Shown piece after piece: positions 38,522 through 49,937 of a stretch of DNA of 64,000 nucleotides; position 1 is the stretch's first letter, and each line of letters opens with the position of its first letter. The DNA is taken from NCBI GenBank assembly GCA_010093995.1, contig ML992510.1:799127-863126 (forward strand), written 5' to 3'. This stretch comes from Elsinoe ampelina (lineage: Eukaryota). A program made the position numbers and the translations under genes. The notes below the pieces were generated by a model, which worked only from the letters and a program-made list of their open reading frames with translations, was not told the origin of the DNA and made no database searches.

Positions 38522-39800
38522 ATGGCTGGTGACTCGGATCCAGAGAGAGAAAAGGCCCTCGATGACTACAAGAACAAGCTACTGGAGTCAAGAGAATGGG
38601 AGGCAAAGCTCAAGTCATTGCGATTAGAGATCAAGGGGTTGCAGAAGGACTTTGATGTGTCGGAGGATAATATCAAGGCTCTGCAAAGTGTCGGGCAGAT
38701 TGTGGGAGAAGTTCTGAAGATGTTGAGTGAAGAGAAGTGTACTTGATAGAAATCTGGTTGATGGAAACATCCGGCTGACATATCTCAGTCATTGTCAAAG
38801 CATCATCAGGACCCAGATACGTTGTCGGGTGTCGGTCGCGAGTGGACAAGAGCAAACTGAAGCAAGGCACACGGGTTGCGCTGGATATGACCACACTCAC
38901 AATCATGCGGACATTACCGCGAGAGGTCGACCCGCTCGTCTACAACATGTCGCTAGAAGATCCTGGACAAGTCAGCTTCGCAGGTATTGGTGGTCTCAAC
39001 GAGCAGATCAGAGAACTGCGAGAGGTCATTGAGCTACCACTCAAGAACCCGGAGCTTTTCATGCGTGTCGGAATTAAGCCGCCAAAGGGAGTCCTCCTGT
39101 ACGGTCCACCAGGAACAGGAAAGACACTCCTGGCCAGAGCCGTGGCCAGCAGTCTGGAGACCAACTTCTTGAAGGGTAGGCAAGATCTGTATTACGCCCG
39201 CAGCTGGACTGACGTGTAACAGTGGTGTCCTCCGCGATCGTGGACAAGTACATAGGCGAATCGGCGCGACTCATTCGAGAGATGTTCGGATACGCGAAAG
39301 AGCACGAACCCTGTATTATCTTCATGGACGAAATCGACGCCATCGGTGGCAGGAGGTTCTCAGAGGGCACATCAGCAGATCGAGAGATTCAAAGAACCTT
39401 GATGGAACTGCTAAATCAGCTCGACGGTTTCGACTACCTAGGCAAGACGAAGATTATCATGGCGACCAACAGACCAGACACACTTGACCCTGCACTTCTC
39501 CGCGCTGGACGTCTCGACCGCAAGATCGAGATCCCTCTTCCGAACGAGGTCGGCCGGCTCGAGATTCTCAAGATTCACTCGGCAGGTGTACAGAAGGAGG
39601 GCGATATCGACTTCGAGAGCGTGGTGAAGATGAGCGATCAACTCAACGGTGCTGACTTGAGGAATGTGGTGACGGAGGCTGGACTTTTCGCGATCAAGGA
39701 CTACAGGGATGCTATCAACCAGGACGACTTCAACAAAGCTGTTCGTAAAGTAGCTGAGAGCAAGAAGTTGGAGGGCAAGCTTGAATATACCCGTTTGTAG
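38522..39800 (+). CDS. RPT4: 26S proteasome AAA-ATPase subunit Rpt4; introns 38739-38788, 39176-39222
   Basis: [14 protein letters not shown] N-terminus, [29 protein letters not shown]-terminal KLEGKLEY. Confidence 0.97.
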
Positions 39801-39936
39801 CTATGCTAAGGTAGAGCTGCTAACAAAAGCGACGACGTAGCTTGCCAATCAGCAATGCAGAATTAATGATACTTCCATGTCTTTGACAGTGCCTCCGCTG
39901 TGCCTCCTTGAACCATAACAACATGCTTGATCCCTG

Positions 39937-40070
39937 TTTCGACGCTGCCGAAATCCCATGAATAGCCACCCCAATAGTATGCTTACTTCCTTTCGACGCT
40001 GCTGAAATCGACCAGAAGCCATCCTAGCAATATACTCCGTATTTTGACGCCGCCGAAACCGACCAGTAGC
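39937..40070. repeat. Three ~52-bp degenerate tandem units, each with a TTTCG-N7-CGAAA imperfect palindrome
   Basis: TTTCGACGCTGCCGAAA 39937, TTTCGACGCTGCTGAAA 39991, TTTTGACGCCGCCGAAA 40042. Confidence 0.9.
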
Positions 40071-40118
40071 CATGCCGGCTCAAATGGAGAGCCTCCATTG
40101 ACAGTCCAACGTGGACGA

Positions 40119-43100
40119 TTACTGCTTGCGCGCACGCTTCGCCGGTGGTGCTTTTGCCATCACCTCATCGTCGCCATCCTCCCCGTCATCGTCCTCGTCC
40201 GAGTCCGAGTCCTCCACCTCTGCCTTCTTTGCCTTCCTCTTCCTTGCACCTTCCTCCCTCTTCGTGAGTGGTACCTGTAGCTCGGCATGCTGCACGGACA
40301 TGTCGTGCTCCTTCACCAGGTGTTTGCGGAGTTGTGATGCGGAGGTGAAGACATCGTCCTGCTGGCAAGTCCCCAGAGGACACTGCTGCCGAAATTTGGC
40401 ACGTGTGGTTTTCTTGCGGACAACGAACGATTCGATCTCCTTTGGAGTCTTCAGATGAGGTGGAGCCCTAAGATGGGCTTTGAAGTGCTTCTTGGTCGTG
40501 AACTCCTTCTCATTGCCACATATGTCGGAAAAGGGGCACTTCATCGGATTCGGAAGATCATCATGCTCCTCTCGTAGGTGTTTCTGCAAGAGATTGTATG
40601 TCTCGAAGAGGACTTCCGGCTGATCGTCACAACGTGGACAAGGTCTAGGGACGTACTCATGCGTGGTCGAGATGTGTGCCTTGAGCGTTTCCTCTTTGAT
40701 GTATGACTTCTTGCAATTCTCGTATGGGCATGCGTGCTTCTCCTTGGTGGCAGTTGACTTGTCCTTGGTGCAGGCAACCTCATGCGTCTGAACGACATGA
40801 TGCCAGCGGTTTGTGTACTCGCATTTGCTGCAACGGTATAGATAGGGGGTCGGCGCATCTCTGCTGTTGCCAGTGGGAATATACTGCGCGACGACTGCCG
40901 CATTGGACGAGTCGAAGGAGCGCTTGAGCCTGTATACATTGATACCGGCAAAAACCGCAACAAAATCATTGCCGTTGAGCTCGGATGGCTTCACGTCCTT
41001 CGATCGATTCTGTGCGCCGGTCTGAGGTTCATTGAGGTCATCGGTCAGCACATGTACGATGGCTTCATCATCGATATCGTCGCTGTCGCTGTCGCCGGCG
41101 TCGTTGTCAGTCTTGAGCTGCTCATCAAGTACGGCATTGCCTGTTTGGTCGATGAGATCGCGGATCCAGTCGAGCTGCTCTTCGTCTACGTCAAGGGTTT
41201 CAATATCGTCCAACAGCAACAGTGGATCAATATTGCTCTCGTCCATGGCCGATTCTGGCGGCACCGAAAACGAGCTGTGTTGGTTCTCCACGTGGGTTGT
41301 GTTGATACGCGGAGCCATGCTCATAAATGTACTTTTCGACGGTGCTGGAACCGTGACTTGAGTGCTTATATGAGTCTCAGGTCCATCGACAGTGCTGAAA
41401 TTGGCGTGATGCTGGGTTTGTTTTGGCGGCATCGAAATTGACTTGGATGTGGTGCGAGGCTGATTGACAGGTTTAGCAACAGTGCTGGTATGGAGATCCT
41501 CCATGGCCTTCTTCGGCAGTGCTGCATTGACTGGTTTATTCACCTCGCTCGCAGTTTTGGTGCGAAGCGCTTGTGCGGGACGAGGACGAGAAATCAGCGC
41601 ATCTTGCTGCTCGAGTCTCCAAGCTGACTCGGCCGCTTTCTTGAGCTGCTTTCCGGCCTTGGTCCTCTGCAGATTGTCCTCCTTGTTCATCTTCTGCTTG
41701 TCCATGTATTCGTCAATGTCAGATTGCGTGAACTTCGGCGCATTGAAAGGAGTGTCGGCAAATTTGGGAGCTAGACGATTTTCGAAGGGATCCACAGCTC
41801 GCATGTTCCAGATGGGCGCCTGCAGATGACCAATGTAATCCTGGTTGGTGCCTTTGTCCAGAGCCTTTGTGGTATGGTTGGCGACCAAAGCGGTGCAGCG
41901 ATCTGATACGCCTTTGATAGACTTGCTCAAGTAGGCCACATCACGCAGTGCACCGTTCCGGATGAAACGAGTATTGACGGGGACCAGGATACCAGCGGCG
42001 AGAGACATGTCTTGAAGTGCATTGCGGATTTGGCTCTGGTGTGCAGGCTTGTCGTACGACAGTGTCGAAATACCACGAGCCATCTGGCATAGCACCGGGG
42101 TCTTCGGAGCAGACCATTGTACTTCTCCGTCACGGCGGGCGGCAGCCTCTGCAAGGACTGCATCGAGAGAGGTGTGTTTGACGCGGCCAAATCTGAGCGC
42201 TACAACCAGGAGTAACTTGACCACGCAGACGACATTCTGAGATGGGTCGCTCATCGGATCAATGAAGACGACTACCGATTCATTATTGGCAGATCTGAAG
42301 AGCAGGTCAGCACAAATCCATGCTCCAATATCAGTCAATACCAACTTGTGGCCTTTGGTGAATTCCAAGGTGACTTTGAGGCTGAGGTCATCGACACTGC
42401 CGGTTCGCTTGTTATCCTTGAACGTCAGGGAGAGGTGTTCCCAGCAAAGACATTCCATGCCTGTGTAGAGCGAGGACCTGGCAATATCGCCGGACCTGCA
42501 TGCACAGCTAGCTTGGAGCACAACGCCGAGAAGCTTGAGCAGGACACGATCCCAAGAGAGACAGCCTTCCGCAAGGGCTCTATCGATCCAGACTTCGGAG
42601 ATGCGGTGTATGACTTTGTATCCCAGCCACTGCCTCTTGAACCACGTCCCACGTACGAGGACCTTCTGAGTGACAAGTTGGTCGAGATGCATGCCGATGC
42701 GATTCACCCAGTACGTAGTGTAGTTGGTGGGCAGATCTTCGTGGCGGAACTTCAATAGGTCAATTAGGCGGCGCCAAATTCCACGGATGACTGAGAGCGA
42801 AGGCTGAGTCTTGCCTTTGAGACCTGGTCGAGTGTGGCGGGCTCTGACGTCGATGAAGCGAAAGATCTGCTCTCCGCTAGGGCATTGCTTGATACTGTAG
42901 CACATCAGTACTGTCGAAATGGGGCAAATGAAGGTCCTCCATTGACAAGGTCCTCCATTGACACAACGTGGTAGGAAGTCGAAGCAAGTACTACCAGCTT
43001 TGACACCTTTGATGGAGCCTGCTTGACTGAGCTCTGCCACCTCTGGTAGGATCACGACTCGAGACCTACCAGAGCTAGCTGAGCTCAGGCAGAAGGCTTG

Positions 43101-43450
43101 GTCCAAGGTGTCAAAGCTGGTAGGTACTTTTGGGTGATACTACCAGAAGTGCCAGAGCTGGTAGTTTCTTGGAGATTGATACTACCAAAAGGGACGACTT
43201 ACTCGTGCTTAATTGTCTGGCAAAAGGTATCCCACACTGCCATTACGCTCTGTTGAGCCTCGCGAGTCTTGGGAGCGCCACGGGCGAAGGTGAGCTGCCT
43301 TGCATTCTTCTTGCTGAGAGGTCGATCGGTCGCCTGATTGAGTAGGATAGCCTCCGAGACACGTTTGCCGACGTTCGGATTGGGTTTGAATATGCTCTTG
43401 TCGTGTTCGTCTGGTAGGTCTTCGAAATCGGACGAATTCAGGTCGTCCAT
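40119..43450 (-). CDS. Tyrosine recombinase-like protein with five C-terminal zinc fingers, ~990 aa; introns 42895-43202 and 42295-42345
   Basis: Exons of 248+549+2176 nt splice in frame; candidate catalytic order R (ACRSGDI), K (FTKGHK), RxxR (TRFIRNG), H (VANH), Y (QDYIG); one C2HC and four C2H2 fingers; acidic/basic tail. Confidence 0.8.
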
Positions 43451-43461
43451 CGTGATGGATT

Positions 43462-43632
43462 GTCCTACCAGAGCAGCAGGGCACTGGTAGGATGATTGGA
43501 AAGGTCCTACCAGGGCAGCAGGGCACTGGTAGGATGATTGGAAAGGTCCTACCAGGGCAGCAGGGCACTAGTAGGACGATTGGAAAGATTGTACTGATGG
43601 GCTGGTAGGATGATTGGAAAGGTCCTACCAGG
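43462..43632. repeat. 42-bp tandem repeat (3 full copies plus a partial one) built from alternating TCCTACCAG/CTGGTAGGA half-sites
   Basis: GTCCTACCAG(A/G)GCAGCAGGGCACTGGTAGGATGATTGGAAAG at 43462, 43504, 43546. Confidence 0.95.
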
Positions 43633-44531
43633 ATTGTGTTTGCATTATGGCAAAAAGGAAGGTCGAATTCGTTGAGCTGGTAGGATTAGAGCAAGAGTCC
43701 TACCAGGGAAGGACTTGGAAAGAGCGGTATCAGGCACGCGCTGGTGGTGCCTGGTCTTGGCGCGCGCGCCCTCTCAAAGGTACCTACCTACTGGGAGCTT
43801 CGACACTGCTGAAGACCAACACGTCACTGGTAACAGGATATCTGTTGTCTGTTTAATTATTGGCACATCGTAGTTTTCACAGAAGCGACATTGCATGGTA
43901 AATGACAGCGTCGACGGAATACTGGCAATTCACAAGGCCCATGTCACATTTCTGCGTTGTTCGAATGAGGGAGACAAGGAGTTGCGGCAATGTCGAAGGA
44001 ATCACTTTTCAGAAGGTCTGGGGTCAGATTCCCATTTATGTATTTTGGCGCGACCAAAAAACCGTGGAACGCGTGGGTTGCGATCAGACTAGTCTTTCAT
44101 TGGTCAATCGAAGTCTCTCCACTCCAGTAAATGTCACGTGATTTGACTTGGCTTGGGCACGGCAACGAGTCCATATGTCGCCACATAGTTTCTCATAGTT
44201 CAAAATGTCTAGCTTGAGTACCAAAAGCTTTAGGTCACGGCGACGACGGCGAGGATCTGTACTATAACACAGCTGCATCAGCGCGGCGCAGGAAGGACAA
44301 TAGGCTGAGATGGCCCGGCATGAATGAAAGCTGTTCTCTGGGCATTTGACGCACGATCTCCATAACCACGAGACGCCTGCATGCCACCAGAATACTCTGG
44401 AACCGTAATATCTCGACCCTCTCGTGTCGCTGGTAGGAATGGGGGCAATGGTACTACCAGAGCCACATCGCAGCATGGAGAGTACCATTATCAAGCAGAA
44501 ATACCAAGCACCCATCAACCCATATCGGACG

Positions 44532-45579
44532 TCAAACTCCATCAACAGGGTGGCTCTCCCCTCCTTCAGCCTCTTCTCGATACACATACTCCACCTCCCT
44601 CCCCCCCTCCCCATCCCCCATCCACTCCACATTCCTCCTCATCTCCACCTCCCCAAAGAAATTCACCTCCCCTACCTTCCTAAATCCCACCCCTTCGAAA
44701 AGCGCGATACTGCCCGTATTCTCCCGCCCAATCTTCACCCTAAGATACGCGAGCTCCACCTCCCTCTGCCCTGCCTCCCCCCTCACGTCGCGTCCGTCCA
44801 GCCCATTCCCGTTCGTCTCGCCCCGACCCTGATCCTGCCCCTGCCCCTGCCCCTCCGCCCTCGAAAGTCCAGCGGCGTACTCTGCGAGGATCTCATCGAG
44901 ATGTCCCTTGATGTATGCGATAAACGCCTGCAACGCCGCGCGGCCGTACCCGCTCCTCCGCGCCGAGGGGACGGCGATCATGATCTCGATTTCGCCGACG
45001 AGGTACTGTGGTGGGTTCGAGGCGGAAGGGAGGGAGGGTTCGGCGGATTCGGAGTCGTCGGGCGTGAGGAAGAGGTTGATGTCGCCTAGCATTCGCGGGG
45101 GGGAGTCGTGGTGGGCGGGGATGATAGGGGGATGGGTAGGGGGTTGGGAGGGGGATGGGTGGGGGGCAGCAGGAGAAGAGGAGAAAGGGGACAATGAGGA
45201 AGGGGCCAGGCAGATGATGAAGGTGAGTTTGTCGTGGTCGTGCCGCCAGGAGGATTGCATGGTGTATTCTTCTGGGAGGGAGAGGGGTTCGGAGGCTGTG
45301 AGGGCGAGGAGTGACTGGGGGTTAGCTTTTGTGTAGGTATTGACGGACAATATCAGGTAGAGTACTGAAGAGCATGGATATGGAGATAGGAATAGTGAAA
45401 GGTATGGAAGAGTTGTACCTACTTCATCCGTCATCCATTCGTGATAAGTTGGGACATGGTGTTTCTCGTATGGTACCAAGAGAACATTTTCCGTGACAAT
45501 CGCTAAAGTGCGATGTCAGTCGGTCTAGATCGCATTTGCACGTGCACGACATTTTACCTGTATGCTCATTGATCCTCAT
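44532..45579 (-). CDS. NAT9: GNAT N-acetyltransferase 9-like; introns ~45504-45557 and ~45315-45422
   Basis: MRINEHT, LVPYEKHHVPTYHEWM, LTASEPLSLPEEYTMQSSWRHDHDKLTFII, GDINLF, GEIEIMIA. Confidence 0.9.
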
Positions 45580-46039
45580 GACTGGCAGAAGTACAAAGTA
45601 TGTGTTCTGTCATGAACTTCACAGGTATTGATGTCAAGTGTGTGATGTTGTGCTTCACAAATTTATGCACAAGATCATCGCGTTCTGATTGGTCAGGCTG
45701 CTCATGAGCTGCTCGCTTGGCATCATGCGCAACTTTCATTGGCTGCTAGCAGGCCCGTAGATGTCTCCTCGTCATCGTCCTCGCAAGACTGTTCTGCATT
45801 GTGTACCATGTGAGACGCTTTCCTGAGTAAAGTTCCCGGTCATGTTATTTGTAATGTAAGAGTACATGATTTCTTTTCTGGATTTCCTTGAGAACGACTT
45901 TCATCGCGTCCATCTGCCACCTGCAGTAGCCATATCCTTCGAAAGAGCATTGAGGATAGTCTCTCTGGAGGACGCCCGCCTATGAGGTCAATACTAGGCA
46001 TTGAACTACCAGACGTTGCGACACACAATATGAGGGATC

Positions 46040-47305
46040 ATGAATGTACTTCTCACTGGCTCCTCTGGCTTCCTCGCCACCCATATTCATCGGCTCCTGG
46101 CTGATCAGCATTCGGACTGGACAATACACTGTCTTGACATCAAGCCTCGTGTCAATTCTCCAGAGGCAAGCCCTTCCTACTTTCCGGACGAGCACTTCAT
46201 TGCTCATCCTCTTCCCTCCACCGCTTCCGCCCTGACTGCTCTCTTTCAATCCCTTCACCTGGATGGCATCATTCACTGTGCTGGTCTCATACCCTCTGGC
46301 CCATCACGATACAATCCATCACCTGCTCTCCGCAAACAAGTCTGGCAAGTCAACGTCGAAGGCACTCGCAATATCATCTCAGCAGCCAAGGAAGCCGGCG
46401 TCAAAGCGGTGGTCTACACTTCCTCCTGCACAGTAGTGGCGGACGACCTCTCGCAAGACTTTCCTCTCATGCGAGAAGACGACCCACCTCCACCAAGAGA
46501 AAACCTCCTCCTCTACGGCCAGACCAAAGCCGCAGCCGAAGCCATCGTGCTAGAAGCCAACAGCTGGCCACCACCCACCCACCAGACCCCTAACCCCATC
46601 AAAGCCACTCCTCGTCAGACACCACCGCCCCACAACCTCCTCACCTGCGCCCTCCGCCCCGCCATCATCATCGGACCAGACGACCCCTCCCCGACCCTCC
46701 CCACCATCTTCTCCCTCGTCGCCACCGGCCAAACCCCCTTCGTCATCGGCAACGGTCACAACCTCATCGACTTCGTCGCCGCCGAAAACGTCGCCCAAGC
46801 ACACATCCTCGCCCTCGAGAACCTGCTCGGCGCAGGCCGCTTCGATCCTTCCCCCGCCGACCCCTCGAACGATCCCCTCGGCCGACCCGCACCCAGCGAC
46901 TGGACCCCTCTCCCGTTCTCCGCTTCCGGACAGGCGATGTTCATAACGAACCACGCCCCCATCCCCTTCCGGTCTTTCCTCCTCGCCGTGTTCGCGCAAG
47001 TAGGGGCTCATGTCCCGCCTTACACGCTCCCCATCCCTGCGCGGCTGGCGTGGTTTTTCGGCGCCGTGGCCGAGGGGGTGGCGTGGGTGACGGGGAGGCA
47101 GGGGGTGTTGAGTCGTGGGTCTGTGATGGACGCTACGGGGACGAGGTACGCTTGCGCTGGGGACGGGAGGGGCCGAGGAGGGAGGTGGGGGAGGGCGGAG
47201 AGGGTGTTGGGGTATGTGCCGGTTGTGGGGCTGGGGGAGGCGGTTAGGGCGGCCTGTGAGGGGTATAGGGGACGGCTTGAGGGGGAGGGGGAGGGGAGGA
47301 GGTAG
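46040..47305 (+). CDS. ERG26: 3-beta-hydroxysteroid dehydrogenase / C-3 sterol dehydrogenase-like (extended SDR)
   Basis: TGSSGFLA, VNVEGTRN, VYTSS, YGQTK, TCALRP, DFVAAENVAQAH; may be a paralog rather than the true ERG26. Confidence 0.75.
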   Translation: MNVLLTGSSGFLATHIHRLLADQHSDWTIHCLDIKPRVNSPEASPSYFPDEHFIAHPLPSTASALTALFQSLHLDGIIHCAGLIPSGPSRYNPSPALRKQVWQVNVEGTRNIISAAKEAGVKAVVYTSSCTVVADDLSQDFPLMREDDPPPPRENLLLYGQTKAAAEAIVLEANSWPPPTHQTPNPIKATPRQTPPPHNLLTCALRPAIIIGPDDPSPTLPTIFSLVATGQTPFVIGNGHNLIDFVAAENVAQAHILALENLLGAGRFDPSPADPSNDPLGRPAPSDWTPLPFSASGQAMFITNHAPIPFRSFLLAVFAQVGAHVPPYTLPIPARLAWFFGAVAEGVAWVTGRQGVLSRGSVMDATGTRYACAGDGRGRGGRWGRAERVLGYVPVVGLGEAVRAACEGYRGRLEGEGEGRR

Positions 47306-48631
47306 GTGATTGGGGGAGGGTGTGAGATCGATGAGAGGCGGAAGAGGATGGGGTCAACTTGGGGAGAGGACGCTAGGGAAGAGGACACTAATCGAGGCAG
47401 ATTGGCATGATACTCAGGCTGATGGGATGCCTTGCAGAGCTAGGACAAGGAGAGATCGCGGGGAGCAAGTGCGACGCGAGTTGTAGGAATGCACTCAACG
47501 TAAGCCGACAGTGAGCGGATGCACTGACACACGACGTCGCTGAATCATGAGATCGAGAAGTTGAAGTTGGTGGGAAATGAATATATTCTCGGCCCCTTTG
47601 CTATATCGAAGGGAATGAATATGTGTTGTTGTAGTATAATGACAAAGAAGAAATGAAACTGTATCGGTATCTGTACATGTTATGTGCCTCTGCTCGCTTC
47701 ACTGTCAACTTATGCTGCTTCATGTTTCTGTCCCGTATTGTTCTCCTGGATCTTGTCCAAGTATGTTGGTGTTCTACAGGTATCTCTCGCCCGATGAGAC
47801 CGGAAATCCCCGAATGTGGGTACTTCCGTTCATCCTCCTCGTCGTGAGATCCTCGGAAGTGAGCGTTATCGTATAAGCGAATGTATGGTGCGATCTGTAC
47901 ACCGCCGACCAAGGGTCCGACGATCGATTATGCTTCGAGTTGTACTGCGGGGTGGAGCCGATCTGGTCCAGGTACGACATGTCGGCAATTGAAGAAGCCG
48001 ACGCCTTTCGTGGTTGATGATTTCCAATCTCACGTGGTGGTATGAGTAATATTCCGACTGGTTCTGGAAGCCAATTCTGCTTTCACCAAAACAGCAAACG
48101 ATTGACCTAGACTGCGTGTCTGTGGAGGCTTGGCGAGGTGGTTTTCGATTGTGAAACTCGCGATGTGCGCGCCAAGACTGCAGATCGCAGTGTCGCAGCG
48201 TGTCGCAGGAAGAAAGGGTCCCTGTCGCTCCTTCGAATGGACCCTGTTGAATTGTGAAAAATTGCCGAAGACGACAATCGTGACGCGCGGGACCGGATGT
48301 TTTGCTGGACCTGTTCCCAACTTCACGTCTTGGAGACCGTGTCGATATGCGAGGGAAAATGATCTAGAATGGTATTCTGTGTCCAACCTTGTGTCTGTAC
48401 CATGTATCCAGTCTGTTCATAACTCCGGTCTTGCTGTTTACATCTTTGCTGATCAACATTTATTTCGCTTCTCCAGAATTTTTCGAAGGCGGTGCTGGCT
48501 GATACCAACCGCGGCGTGGCGATGCGTCCTGTAACTCCGCAAATCCAAAGAGTAAACTCGCTTGATGATCGTGGTACGCAGAAAAAGGGCAGTGCAAGTG
48601 TTGAACCAGTCCAATCATTGTCCGGTCCGAC

Positions 48632-49937
48632 TCACTCGTTACCGATTCGCTTGCGGATTGTGCGCTCGGTCTGGATGTATAGCTCGTCCAGGAAAAGCAT
48701 GGCTTGTGTGTCCTTGAGCATCTTGGCGACTTGAAGACCGGCTGAGATCAGTTGGAGGACGTTACGATCGTCCTTGAGTGGTCGAGACTGGTGCTTTGCC
48801 GCGTGTCGCATTTCCAGAGAGTTCTCGAGCACGGTGACGAGCTGCTTGATTTGGCCGTTCCAGAGCACACGCATGGGAATGCGTCGCTTGGTCGCGAGTC
48901 GCTTGAGTAGGTGGCACCATTCTGTCCACTCCCTGTCGCCTGGGACCCTGACTGGTCGCTTGTCGGCCTCAATGGGAATCGGAAACTGGTATTTGGCGAC
49001 AAAGTCGAAGGCGCATTTCGATAGGCAGTCATTAACCTTTGTCAAAACGTCGTCCTGCTCTTCAGCTTGGAGAGAGATGGTGAGAGGTATGAGCTGAGAC
49101 TCGGTGACCTCGAGGTGCGCGTCTTCGGGTTTGGGAAGGAATTGGTGAGGACCATCAAACTCATCCTTGCCGGATGAGCGTCGACGAGGTGCTGCTGCTA
49201 TGACTGACGATGGTCCTGGTTCGCCGTAGGGACCTGATCGAGGTCGGGCAATGGGAGTCGGCAGGGGTGAGTAGTCGTGAGGTGTTCTGGGCGTGTAGAT
49301 TCCCGGCGTCGAGCCTGGCGTGGGAAAATCAACGTGTGCAAAGGTAGGTCGAGAAAGGCCGGGCGGCGTAAGGTATGCTGCTTGGGCCTGCTGCTGCTGC
49401 TGCTGTTGCTGCTGTTGGGCGCTGTGCTGCTGTTGAGCTGTACTGTCGGTGACATTTTGGGGAGCCCAGGATTGAGCACCCAAGTTATAGGTGTTTGGGT
49501 GTATGCCCGATCTCGAGTTCCACACCTGGTGGCCCCCTGCACCTTGCCGAGGAAGATCAGATCTAGACATGGAAAGTAAGAATGATGATCTATAACGTGC
49601 ATCAAAAGAAATACAAAACGTACTGCATGTGGGCATATGTGGATAATATATGTGCAGGTCGAGTAGGCAAGGCTTGAGCTCGGGGAGGAAAGTAGTCCTG
49701 CTGAATAGAATCGTTCCTTTGCGGCATTTGGGATTCATAGTGCTGCCTTTCCCTCTGGGCATTCAACAGGTATTGTTGCTGCTGATCAGACAAGGCAGTA
49801 GTCTGTTGGGTGTGGACCGGGGCCTGGGCCCCATATGCCGGTTGTGTCGGATTCGGGTTCATGGAAGTGGTGTCGGGCAGTTGGTAGTGACGATCAAAGG
49901 GAGGCTGATGGGACAGGTTTTGATCGGGACCAGACAT
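48632..49937 (-). CDS. Conserved fungal hypothetical protein with polyQ tract; intron 49563-49623
   Basis: GTACGT..TAG intron joins the two ORFs; globular C-terminus CAFDFVAKYQFPIP..REWTEW..KRLATKRRIP; CAG/CAA tract ~49388-49415. Confidence 0.8.

Larger units (their letters stand above)
39814..43813 (-). mobile_element. Putative tyrosine-recombinase DNA transposon (Crypton/Starship-captain-like, no cargo); ends approximate
   Basis: Single YR-zinc-finger gene between core genes RPT4 and NAT9, with structured repeat arrays on both sides; candidate boundary repeats AAGGTA at 39808-39813 and 43777-43782. Confidence 0.7.

Noticed and set aside
42895..43106. N-terminal part of the listed 995-aa ORF (MDQAFCLS...)
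   Set aside because: Better explained as read-through of intron 1; the ATG at 43450 with GTAAGT donor and CAG acceptor at 42895 splices in frame
43462..43632. CRISPR array
   Set aside because: Units are near-identical tandem copies without unique 30-40-nt spacers; eukaryotic context and no cas genes
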